From: an uncultured Gemmatimonadales bacterium
GTDB taxonomy: Bacteria; Gemmatimonadota; Gemmatimonadetes; Gemmatimonadales; GWC2-71-9
Assembly: GCA_963821525.1 (NCBI GenBank)
Contig: CAWGED010000006.1
Span: 32,001-96,000 of the forward strand
Length of the DNA: 64,000 bases
Reading direction: 5' to 3'
The position numbers and the translations under genes were made by a program. The notes under the pieces are model-generated. The model made no database searches. It had not been told where the DNA came from and saw only the letters and a program-made list of their open reading frames with translations. Shown here piece by piece: positions 46,260-56,566 of the stretch. Position 1 is the first letter of the stretch. Every line of letters starts with the position of its first letter.

Positions 46260-48746
46260 TCACCCAACCATCGCCCCCAACTCCCCACTCAGCCGCTTCC
46301 TCGGCTGCGCCGTTGACCCGATCACCGCCCCGATCGCCTCCTCCATGTTGGGCCACCGGTCCTTCGGGTCCTTGGCCAGCATCCTCATCACCGCACTCTC
46401 CAGCTGCTCCGGCACCTCGGGCTGGCGCTGCCGAATCGGCTCGGGGATGGCGTGGAAATGTTCGAACATGATTGCCATGGCCGAGTCGCCCCGGAAGGGT
46501 TGGGTACCGGTCAGGGCCTCATAGGTCAGCACCCCGAGCGAATACTGATCGGAGGCGCCGGTGATTTCCTTCCCGGCACACTGCTCCGGGCTCATATACG
46601 CCGGAGTACCGATGACCGCACCGGTCCGCGTCTGGTTGTCAGACTCGGTCACCTTCGAAATCCCGAAGTCGGTGATCAGCGCTATGCCATCGCGATCGAT
46701 GAGAATGTTCCCCGGCTTGATGTCGCGATGGACGATCCCGCGCCGGTGGGCATAGGCCAGCCCCTGTCCGACCTGTGACACCACCTCTGTGGTCATCGCC
46801 GAGTTGAGCCGCTTCTTGTCCCCGATCAGATGGCTGAGCGAGCGGCCATCCACGTACCGCATGACGAAGAACATGAGTCCTGCCATGTCCCGCACCGCGT
46901 AGATGGGCACGATGTTGGGATGCGAGAGCGACGCCATGACGCGAGCCTCGCGCTTGAACCGCTCGACGAATTCCTGATTCCTGAGGCCCGGCGCCAGGAT
47001 CTTGATCGCCACTTTTCTGGCGAGCGCGATGTCATCGGCCAGGAACACGGTTCCCATTCCGCCGGTCCCGATCAGACCACGAATCTCGAACTCGCCATTC
47101 AGGACATTGCGGAGATAGCCCTCCAGCTGCTCGGGACCGCCATACGGCCCAGACCAGCGGCGGGTCATCATGGTTGCGTCGGTCGGCGGAACGGCCTCGG
47201 TGGGGAAGATGGTCCGATCGGGTGACGGTGAAGGGGCGGGTGGCGGCGGCGCCGACGCCATCATTGTCCGGTTCAACTCCGAGGCGGACTCGATCACCGG
47301 ATCCTCCGCAAACCGGGGCACAATTCCCGTCCCCAGCACTTCGCGACCCTGGGCCACCTCCTGTCGGGCCTGGGGCGAAAGGACGAGCATCTTCCCCGAC
47401 GGCACGAACAGTCCTGCCTCGAGCAGTACCAGAAGCAATCGATTGACGATCGCCTCGTGATCCCGTGGGCGGATGCCCGAAGCGATCTTCCCCAGCGCCG
47501 ACATCGGACTCTGCGACGGTACCGAACCCCGTGCGACGATGTCTCGAGCCACGGTGAGCACGAAGCGCCGGCAGCGGTCCTGGTCTGCCGCCGCCATCGC
47601 GCCGAGTGGACTGCCCAGCATCTCGTCCTCATTGAGATGCAACAACTCGTGCAGGGCGCTGTAGAACTCGATCGTGGCGACGGCTTTGTCGTCGAACTTG
47701 AGCATCGCCTCTCCGTCTCCACCCACCTCCACCCGCTGTTCCATCAGCTCGACGCAGCGGCTGGGGAATCCCGGTACTCATGAGGGTCAGGTACCGGGTG
47801 AGCTTGGGAAAGAGTGCCAGTGCCTCGGGAGACGCAGCAGGCAGATCGATGTGCCGCTCCAGCAACTGGGGCAGCTCGTCCCAGAGACAGGTGAGATAGA
47901 TGTCGAGGAACGGCGGAAGGTCCTCGTGCCCTGCCTGCCGCCTGGTCTGCCACCTGGCTCTCACCTGCGGTGGTGCCACGACGAGGAAGATCGAATTCGG
48001 CGCCCGGAAGAGATTGGCCAGACTCGCCATCACATCCCAGTCCTCGATCCGATCGATCACCACCACGACCATCGGGGGCGTTCTCGCCGGCGACGTGGTA
48101 AAGAGCCGCCGCAACAGAGGAACCCGGGAGAGACGGGGAACTGCGGTGATGGAGCTGATCAGGCTGTCCCAGCTCGAGCAGCGTGCTCTGAATGTCGTAG
48201 GGGAGGTAGACCGCCTTGCGGGTTTTCTCGACCGACTCCTGGGCGCCGAGCTCCAACTTAAGGGGGACATCTGATTCCGATTGTCGGGTTCAGGCTCCGC
48301 TTGCTGCCGACCGTCTCCTCGACTGCGCTGGTGGCCACTCCCTGGTAAGCCTCGAGCAGTCGCGTGTGGTGCGATTTGGAGAGATCCAGTTCCGAAGCTT
48401 CCACCATCCACTTCAGGTGCCAGAGGAGTCGCTTGGAAATCACCTCGGCACCAGCCAGGGCTTGGGCTCGAAGCTCGAGCACCACCAGATCCGTCTTCCG
48501 TCCCCGTTCGTCGGGCTGGGCGAGCAGGGCTTGCAGCTCGTACAGAATGCGGCGGACGAGGGAAGTCTTGCCGACGCCGGAGTAGCCGCTGATCAGGAAC
48601 CGGCCGGTCCCATGCTCCAGCAGATAATTGATGACCCGCTGGCGGGGCCCGTCCCGCCCGAGTAGCGCGTCAGGATCGGCGCCATCGAGCGGTTCCAGGT
48701 TGAACGGGATGTCGGTGAGAGGGAAACTGACCCCGCCCTTACTCAT
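46260..48746 (-). CDS. P-loop ATPase fused to a Ser/Thr protein kinase (several indels)
   Basis: ATPase: LLGRD, Walker A GYSGVGKTS and Walker B VVVIDRIE. Kinase: GTGGMGTV, VAIK, HRDIKPGN, DFG and GTPAYMSPE. The fusion is inferred across frameshifts. Confidence 0.75.
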
Positions 48747-49542
48747 GCAAGGGACGCCTGCGTGAAAGCTTAGCCAACAGTGGGGTTTGGCCTCGGCGAG
48801 GGCAAGATGGGCGGCCAAGGGGTAAACGGTGAACAGTGAACCGTGAACGGGGCCGGTCGAAGGCCGCACTCACTTGTTAAGGCCGCTGCGGCGGGAAGAA
48901 GCAGTCTCCTTGGGTTGCTTTCGGAGAGGGATTGCTTCGGTCGCTACGTTCTCCTGCAATGACCGAGCCGTGGAGCCGCCGAGATGCCGGAACCAGCATC
49001 ACGTGGCATGAAGTGCCCAAAATTTGGTCGAGGCATAGTCCTTTGTGCCGAGATCACAGGGTGTGGGTTCTTGACGCGCCAAACCCATTCCATACCTTAG
49101 CGCGGTCGATCTGGTCCCAGATGGAAATGGGGCCATTGTTGTCATAGAGCCGGGTATTGTAGAGGGTCTGAAGGTCGATGGTAAACACGTCGAAGTTAGG
49201 GCCGGTGGGTGTGCAATGCCGTGTGGCAGGAGATCCGCGCGACCTCCGGCGAAGCCTGTCACCGAACCCTCACCTCTCTCCTCGCCTCACTCTCCGCTGC
49301 ACTTTCCTCATCTCGAGTTGCGGACATCACTCCCGCAACAATCCCCAACACACAAGCCGTACTGTCGTCCGCGATCATCGCGTCGGCGCTCGCTGGTCTC
49401 CCATTGTAACGATCTCCCCGCCCCGCGACTTCCGCTTCCATAAGAGCGCCCTGCGGTATCCGCTAAGCATCGTAACCCAGCACGGCCAATTGCCTCGCCC
49501 ACCCACCAGAGCGACGCGGCAGCGGACACAAGGAGTTCTCCC

Positions 49543-51181
49543 ATGAAGAAACGCTCGTCCCGGGCCCGTGCGAAGTCGTCAGGACTCGCAGCGTTCCACG
49601 ATGCCAAGGAGCGGCTCTCTGCTCAGTACGTCCGCTCTTCCACGCTGACGGCGGCCGAGTCGCTTCGCAGGACGGGGCCAGACCCCGCTGCGAATGTGGT
49701 GGGCGTGGGTATTGGCGAGAAAGTCACCCGGGGGCGAGCTGACCGGGCGTCGTGCCCTGAAAATCCTGGTGCGTCACAAGCTTCCGCTCGAAGCAATCGA
49801 GGAGCGGTTTAAGCTGCCGACGACTGTCGATGGGCTGCCAGTAGACGTCGAGGAGGTGGGACTCATCGTGGCATTCGCGCCGCCGATCCCCAACCCCAGG
49901 ACGCGGCTGCGGCCCGCACCGCCGGGCAGTTCCGTCGGGTTCAAGGATCCCAAAAACAAGTTCAAGATGGCGGGCACCTTCGGGGCTCTGGTGCGCAACT
50001 CCTCGGGTGTGTTCATCCTCAGCAACAACCATGTACTTGCCGATGAGAACAAGTTGGCCCTTCAATCCCCCATCTTCCAGCCTGGCTTGCTCGACGGTGG
50101 CAACACGTCCAAGGACAAAATCGCGGCACTCACTCGCAGGATTCCTCTGCGCAAGACCAAAAACAGCGTCGATTGCGCGATTGCCAAGGTTGTCGCCGTG
50201 GCCCAGGTCACGTCCGCCATAATCAAGATCGGGCCGCCTACCGGTGTAAAGAATGCCGCCTTGAAGATGAACGTGCACAAGTTCGGTCGGACCACGAGCT
50301 ACACCACGGGCAGCGTCACCAGTATCGATACCGATGTGAACGTGCAGTACGATTCGGGTGTGCTGGCCTTCAAAAGCCAAGATCATGATCAAGGGAGATG
50401 GAGGACGTCCCTTCAGCGCGGCCGGGGATTCTGGCTCGCTGATTCTGGAACGCTCCTCTGGTAAGGCGGTCGGGCTGCTCTTCGCCGGTGGCACGACGGC
50501 GACCTTTGGCAATCACATCCAGGATGTACTACGCGCCCTCGGTGTGACCCTCATCCAAGGTCAGTTTCCGGCACCTTCACCCAGCGCGAGTGCCTCTCCC
50601 AGCGCCAGCGCCTCTGCGAGCGCCAGCCCCTCGGCCAGTGCAAGTCCATCGGCCAGTGCGAGCCCGTCTGCCAGCGCGAGTCCGTCTGCCAGCGCGAGTC
50701 CCTCGGCCAGTGCGAGTCCGTCGGCCAGTGCGAGTCCGTCGGCCAGTGCGAGTCCGTCCGCCAGATCGTCGCCAGCAGTCCGTCCGCCAGCGCGAGCCCG
50801 TCCGCCAGCGCGAGCGCGTCGGCTAGCCCCAGTGCTTCGCCCAGTGCCAGCCCGTCGCCCAGCGCGAGTCCATCTCCCAGCGGCAGTCGGGCGACGAAGT
50901 CCCACCCACATCGGCCTCACGTCAAACGCCATGCCCACCTCCCCCACATGCACCATCCTCACCCGCACAGTCCGATCGCCGAGGAAATCATCGAGCGGGC
51001 GGTGACGGAAATGGTGGGACCGGCCCCTGCTCCACAGGCCGAGCGTGCGGCTGAAGCCCAGGTCGAGGGAGTTGTCGCCGAGGTGATAAAGGAAGTTGCG
51101 GAGTCGAAGCGGACCTTGCCCCGCATGCGGGGTCGAGTCAGCCGGAAAACCAGGAAGGCCCGATCGAAAGGCCGGGGATAA
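49543..51181 (+). CDS. Trypsin-fold (Nal1-like) protease with Ser-Ala-Pro repeat, His-Pro and basic tail (indels)
   Basis: AAGGAG RBS. N-domain NVVGVGIGEK-LKILVRHKL-DGLPVDV. Triad LSNNHVL / VDCAIAK / AGDSGSLIL. Then SASASP repeats, HPHRPH-HHPHPH and RMRGRVSRKTRKARSK. Confidence 0.82.
50578..50882 (+). repeat. Coding tandem repeat (SASASP, 18-bp period)
   Basis: TCGGCCAGTGCGAGTCCG-type units with synonymous variation. Confidence 0.9.
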
Positions 51182-52026
51182 TGGGGCGGCCGCGGTCGGC
51201 GTATCTCCTCTGTACTCTCCCCCGGTCGGGGAGCTGGATGCTGGCGCATGGGCTCCGAGTGACCGGAGTCGCCGGCCGGCCGGAAGAGTACTTCTGGGAG
51301 GATCTGCGTCCGGCCTACGCCAAGCATTGGGGACTCTCACCTGAGGTGTCGCAAAGACGGTTCCTTCGCGCCGCCATTCGTGCCGGCACTACTCCGAATG
51401 GGATGTTCGGGGCGAAGGTGCATTGGTTCGAGTTGCAGCAACTGCTATGGCGCCTGCGCCAGAACTCCGGAGCCCAGAGGCGCTCGGCCCGTCGGCTGAT
51501 TAACGAGGCACTCGACAAGCCAAGTTTCGTGCGACTGGTCCGGGAGGATAAGGTCCGCCAAGCACTCTCATATCACAAAGCGCTGGTCTCCGGAGAATGG
51601 TGGAGGGCTGGGCAATCCCACCCTGTAAATAGAGCGGTGGGCTCCGTCGATTTCCGGCTGGTCTGGGAACTCGAATCCCTGCTCGCCAGCCACGAACGAC
51701 TGTGGACCCGATTCTTCGCGCAACACCGGATCACCCCGCTCGTCGTGACTTATGAGGAGCTATGCGTCAACTACCGGGAGGTACTGCGGCGCGTGCTCAC
51801 CTTCATCGGAGTGGGACGCATCGATTCGGCAGACCTCGGCGAACCGGTGCTCGAGCAACAGGCCGATGAAGACACGGAGCTGTTGGTACATGACTACATC
51901 ACGACGCAGCGATCGGCCGTTCCGCTCCGAACCGAGCCTAACGGCGCGGGGCGGGTACTCCAGGGGGCATCGACAAACGGGCATCGGGTCGATGGCCGGG
52001 CCTACTCCTTGGCTACCGGGTCGTGA
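51181..52026 (+). CDS. Stf0/NodH-like sulfotransferase
   Basis: Motifs CTLPRSGSW, GRPEEYF, TPNGMFGAKVHW, REDKVRQALS and VTYEEL. TAATG overlap. Confidence 0.88.
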   Translation: MGRPRSAYLLCTLPRSGSWMLAHGLRVTGVAGRPEEYFWEDLRPAYAKHWGLSPEVSQRRFLRAAIRAGTTPNGMFGAKVHWFELQQLLWRLRQNSGAQRRSARRLINEALDKPSFVRLVREDKVRQALSYHKALVSGEWWRAGQSHPVNRAVGSVDFRLVWELESLLASHERLWTRFFAQHRITPLVVTYEELCVNYREVLRRVLTFIGVGRIDSADLGEPVLEQQADEDTELLVHDYITTQRSAVPLRTEPNGAGRVLQGASTNGHRVDGRAYSLATGS

Positions 52027-52797
52027 CAACGCCGCGGTTCGACACGCAGCGTCCTGCGTCGGTTCTCGCCAATCGCCGGTGGGTAAAAAACGTCTTTCCC
52101 TATACCTACTACACCGCGAGCAACGTGTTCACGCCCAGGATCTACCAGATGTTCGAGTCGGCGTTCCGCGAGCACACGAACGGGCGGCAGCAGTACATGG
52201 ACAAGCACGATACCGTACGGGGTGACTCTGACTCGAGGCGTGGACGGGCCGCTGGGCTTCTTTGCGTCCCGCGGATGGTACCGAGATGATCGCCCGGCTG
52301 GTCGGCATTCAAGGCCACCCCACACCTGAACATCGGACTCCACCATCACGAGCCCGGCGAGCGAGAACGGCTTCGTGCATAACGACCTGAATCCGGGCTG
52401 GTTCGTCGACTACGAGAGCGACCAGGGAACCGCGCTCGCGCAACCTGGATTTGTGCAGCTACACCACCGGTGAGGCGACGAAAGCGGAGATCAAGCCCGA
52501 GAAGGACCGTCCGGGCCGCGGCATTGCTGTTCATGTTGCCAACCCACCCTGGAAGCCGGGGATGGCGGAGAGACTCGGCATCTATCGTCAGGGGAGTGAT
52601 CGATCCGGAACGTCCACTCGAGCGCTGTCCCGCCGATCAACAACTCGATTCTCCTGTTCGAGTGCACTCCCTGGTCGTTCCATAGCTTCATTCAGAACCG
52701 GCGCACCGCGCGCAACAGTCTCGTCATGTGGTGGCACCGCGAGCCGAGCGACGTGGTGCGTCGCTGGGGTGCCGATTCAATCGTCGATTATCGGTGA
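52023..52797 (+). CDS. 2OG-Fe(II) oxygenase (several indels)
   Basis: HxD in GFVHNDLNPGWF (~52378), distal His in FECTPWSFHSF and 2OG-binding Arg in RNSLVMWWH, read across frames. GTGA overlap. Confidence 0.72.
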
Positions 52798-53596
52798 GGC
52801 TTAGGGATGCGGACCGGACCAAGCGGGTGTGCATGCTCACCGGTGCGGGGGGCACGTTGGGGAGCGCGTTCTGCAGACTGTACGGAGAACGTTACGATAT
52901 CGCGCCGTGTACCGGACGCGGCCACCTCCGGTGGCGTCGCAGCAGCGCTGGTTCATGGACCCTGTGACGGGGCGCCGGGTCAGGAGGGCGAACCGGCCGA
53001 TGGTCTTCGAAATCCAGGCCGATCTGTCGCTGGCGCACGAAATCGATCGCGTGGTGGACGTGACACTGGCGCGGTTCGGCCGAATCGACTTGGTGGTCAA
53101 TGCCGCAGCCCTCGTGAAGGACGCGCCGTTCCTCGATCCGCCCGGTTCGAGGAGGCGCTGGGGAGCAGCTGCTGGTGAACAGCCTCGTGCCGCACCGGCT
53201 CACGGCCAATATCTCGATGAAGTTCTGGCGGGGCCGCCGGGCGGCCAACCTGCGCGCAACCGGAACGTCGTCAACGTATCGAGCGTGTCCGGCTTATTCA
53301 TTTATCCTCGCTCGCGGCCGCGGCGCGCCTACGGCGCCTCCAAGGCAGTCATGAACTTTCTTTCCTGTCAGATGGCGAGCGAATGCAGGCGTTTCGGTGT
53401 GCGGTCAACGTGGTCGCGCCGACCACGTTCCCGAAGCTCGGTCCCGACCAAGCGGGTGGCCGCGGCCATCGTCGGACTCGACCGACGCAGGATGAACGGC
53501 CGGATCCTGGTGATCGCGCAGACAGGCAGCCGCTACGCGCCTGACAGCGCCACCGTGGCGGAGCGCTCGAAGCGTCTCCCCCGAGCTGGAGACTGA
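52794..53596 (+). CDS. SDR family oxidoreductase (indels)
   Basis: Motifs LTGAGGTLG, FGRIDLVVNAA, NVSSVSG and YGASK. Confidence 0.82.
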
Positions 53597-53600
53597 CAAC

Positions 53601-53942
53601 ATGGTCGTCATTGGCCGCGGGCACAACGCATCAAGGAGAAGCATTCAGAACAGCTCATGTCACGTCCGGGCAGTATCGGGAGTCGGCGTGGAACAGGATG
53701 CTGATGGGACGCCGGTAGTTGTGATCCACACCGATCCCCGGGCAGCGGCGCACCTGGCCGACCTGCCGTCCGAGCTCGAAGGTGTGCCGGTGCGAATCGT
53801 CGAGGACGTGCCGTTCCGCAAGCAGGGCCGCGGCGCGGGCGAGGCAGCTGAACAGTTCATCGGCAGGTACATAGACCAGTCAACACTTCACCGCGCCCCT
53901 TGCCCGTGCCTCGGGCGGCTGGCCGCGAAGCGTGGGAGGTGA
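53601..53942 (+). CDS. Small protein resembling the stand-alone N-terminal domain of the Nal1-like proteases (boundaries uncertain)
   Basis: VSGVGV-VVVIH-LPSELEGVPVRIVE-PFR parallels VHNIGIG-LKVYL-IPKEIEGLPTDVVETGPFR of protease 2. Confidence 0.6.
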   Translation: MVVIGRGHNASRRSIQNSSCHVRAVSGVGVEQDADGTPVVVIHTDPRAAAHLADLPSELEGVPVRIVEDVPFRKQGRGAGEAAEQFIGRYIDQSTLHRAPCPCLGRLAAKRGR

Positions 53943-54036
53943 TCCAGTCGATGACAGCATAGACCCCGGAGCTGCGAACAAGAAGGCCTCGGCCTGACGA
54001 GCTCGCTCGGCGAGAGGTCGCGCGCTGCGACCGCGC

Positions 54037-55565
54037 ATGGAACCGCCCTCGCCTCCAGGGCCACCGGGAGACCCACCGACGCGGCGCCGACACCACCCGG
54101 ACCACCGCCCGGTCCGCCGCCGGGACCACCACCCGGTCCGCCTCCGGGACCACCGCCCGGTCCGCCTCCGGGACCACCACCCGGTCCACCTCCAGGACCG
54201 CCGCCACCTCCACCACCGGGACCGCCGCCACCCTCCACCACCGCCGCCGCCACCACCACCGCCGCCGCCACCACCGGGACCGAGTGGCAGCGCAGGCCCG
54301 AGTGGAAGCGCTGGTCCAAGCGGAGGCCCGAGCGGGAGCGCAGGACCCAGCGGTAGTCCGAGCGGGAGCGCAGGCCCCAGCGGCAGTCCGAGCGGGAGCG
54401 CAGGACCGAGCGGGAGCCCGAGTGGGAGCCCGAGTGGGAGTCCGAGTGCGAGCCCGAGTGCCAGTCCCAGTGCGAGCCCGAGTGCCAGTCCCAGCGCAAG
54501 TTCGACTCCCAGTCCCAGTGCGACTCCGACACCGAGCCCGACGGCTACTCCAACGCCCAGTCCAACGCCAACGCCGGTGCCGCATCCGCATCCGCACCCG
54601 CATCCGCATCCGCATCCACATCCACACCCGCACCCGCACCCGCATCCGCATCCCCACCCGCACGCGGCATCCACATCCGCACCCGCACGGGCATCCACAT
54701 CCGCACCCGCACGGGCACCCACATCCCCACCCGCACGGGCATCCACATCCGCACCCGCACGGGCACCCACATCCCCACCCGCACGGGCATCCACATCCGC
54801 ACCCGCACGGGCATCCGCACCCGCACGGGCATCCGCATCCGCACGGGCATCCGCATCCGCACGGGCATCCACATCCCCACCCGCACGGGCATCCGCATCC
54901 CCACCCGCACGGGCACCCACATCCCCACCCGCACGGGCATCCGCATCCCCACCCGCACGGGCATCCGCATTCCCCACCCGCACGGGCATCCGCATCCCCA
55001 CCCGCACGGGCACCCACATCCCCACCCGCACGGGCACCCACATCCCCACCCGCACGGGCACCCGCACCCCCGCCCGCATCCGCACGTGCACCCGCATTTC
55101 CCACGTGCGCAGGGCCGTCCCTATCGGTGGATACGCCGCCGTAGAAGGCTCCGTATGCACCCTCGCGCTCGGTTCCGCCGATACGCGTACCGTTGGGCCG
55201 GGTGGATGCCGAGGAGGGTCAGGCGGATGCTCGCACGGCGGAGACGTGCGATCCGGCGTCGCTTTCCGCCGCCCTGGATTCCGCCGATTCGATGGCGTCG
55301 GCGGCGGAGGCCACACCGCCTGGCTCACCCACCGCGGCGTCGTCGGCCGCATCGGAGGCTGGGGGCTCACGTTCATCCGCCCCTTCGCAGGAGACGGCGT
55401 CGCCCTATCGCCGTCCGCGTTCACCCACGCCGCCGGGTTCACCCGCGCCGCCGGGTCCACCCGCGCCGCCGCGTGAGGGCTCGGGCACGGCGTCTCAGGC
55501 GTCGCCTGCGCGTTCGGCGGGCAGTACGCCGGGCCGCCCGCAGTAGGAGGAGGTCTCGTAGGTGA
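54037..55565 (+). CDS. Low-complexity block-repeat protein (~510 aa): GPPP/polyPro, SGSAGP/SASP/TP, HP/GHPHP and Arg-rich tail (indels near 54085, 54230, 54665)
   Basis: Repeat variation is synonymous in this reading. The His-Pro frame runs directly into ORF 55086..55565. The start position is uncertain. Confidence 0.75.
54095..55100 (+). repeat. Nested coding tandem repeats (12-bp GPPP, 12-18-bp Ser-Pro, 6-bp HP, 18-24-bp GHPHP units)
   Basis: Directly visible periodicity such as CCCGCACGGGCATCCACATCCGCA. Confidence 0.95.
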
Positions 55566-55657
55566 GATGAGTTGAAGTAACCGGGCGCCTCGGGCCGAGG
55601 TCGTATTCCTGACCTGGGCTCGGGTCGCTCGGGTGTACCTCCAATTGCGAACACTCA

Positions 55658-56566
55658 ATGGTGAAAAGTCCTTCGCCTCGCCCGGTTGACCTGAGCGTGA
55701 TCGTGGTCAGCCACAATGAAGGAGAGCTCCTCGAGCGCACTGTCCGCAGCCTGATCGCAACTCTGCCGGAGCAGGGCACCGAGGTCATCATCGTGGATGA
55801 TCAGTCCGACGACGACAGTACTGTTTTCCTCAAAAGGTTGGATCGATCATCGGTGCGGCTGATCAGGTCACCCGAGCGCCTCGGCATTTCAGCAGCTCGG
55901 AACCTGGGAGCGAGGTCAAGTTGCGGTGAGGTAATCGTCTTCAGCGACGCCCACGTCCACGTGTACCCGGGTTGGGCAGAGCCACTCTGGCTCACGGCTC
56001 TGAAGCCGTTTGTGGGCGCTGTGGCGCCGGAGGTGCATTCGATGCACGAGCCTCATATCAAGGGGTACGGCTTCACCTGGCGTGATCCGTCGCTGAAGAT
56101 GCACTGGCTGCGCCGCGGGGGCACGGCACCCTACCCGGTGCCTTTTCTGTGCGGCTGCTTCGTTGCCTTGAGCCGCACTCTGTTCGAAATGACCGGGGGC
56201 TTCGATGAGGGCCTGATCCGCTGGGGGTCGGAAGACGCTGAGCTCTCGCTTCGGCTTTGGCGCATGGGATACGAATGCCATGTAGTGCCTCGATCGTCCG
56301 TGGCGCACCTGTTTCGGAGGAGATTCCCTTACCAGGTGAGCTGGGAAGGGATCTTGCACAACACGCTCCGGCTTGCCACCGTCCACTTCGGACCCAGGGC
56401 CCTCTCCCGCGTCATGCAGCACTGGAACGACCACGCCGCGCTTCCCCGGGCCACGGCGACGCTCTGCCTGAGCGACGTTTGGAGCCGACGCGAAAAAGTC
56501 CAGCGAACCTGCCGGTACCCCGACACTCGGGTCTTGGACCGCTTCCGAATCGAGGCGTTGTCGTGA
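55658..56566 (+). CDS. GT-A glycosyltransferase with polypeptide GalNAc-transferase-like motifs
   Basis: Motifs SVIVVSHNE, IIVDDQSDD, RLGISAARNLGA, FSDAH-GWAEPL, GFTW, FDEGLIRWGSEDAELSLRLW and VAHLFRRRFPY. Confidence 0.88.
   Translation: MVKSPSPRPVDLSVIVVSHNEGELLERTVRSLIATLPEQGTEVIIVDDQSDDDSTVFLKRLDRSSVRLIRSPERLGISAARNLGARSSCGEVIVFSDAHVHVYPGWAEPLWLTALKPFVGAVAPEVHSMHEPHIKGYGFTWRDPSLKMHWLRRGGTAPYPVPFLCGCFVALSRTLFEMTGGFDEGLIRWGSEDAELSLRLWRMGYECHVVPRSSVAHLFRRRFPYQVSWEGILHNTLRLATVHFGPRALSRVMQHWNDHAALPRATATLCLSDVWSRREKVQRTCRYPDTRVLDRFRIEALS

Noticed and set aside
48900..49540. Short ORFs or a structured RNA upstream of the protease
   Set aside because: No convincing RBS, motif or recognisable RNA family. 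Probably a promoter region.
54580..55100. Possible CRISPR or non-coding satellite
   Set aside because: Unit lengths are multiples of 3 with synonymous variation, and there are no spacers.
53857..55104. Minus-strand metallothionein-like ORF (CGCPCGWG repeats) and Gly/Leu-Pro ORFs
   Set aside because: Antisense shadow of the His-Pro repeat. CCG/CCA/CCC variation is silent on the plus strand but switches Cys and Trp on the minus strand. The operon is on the plus strand, and the protease tail has the same plus-strand blocks.
3544..55565. Mass pseudogenisation or programmed frameshifting
   Set aside because: Isolated 1-bp indels hit many unrelated genes whose motifs remain intact and which lack in-frame stops. 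This fits long-read error better and needs polishing to confirm.
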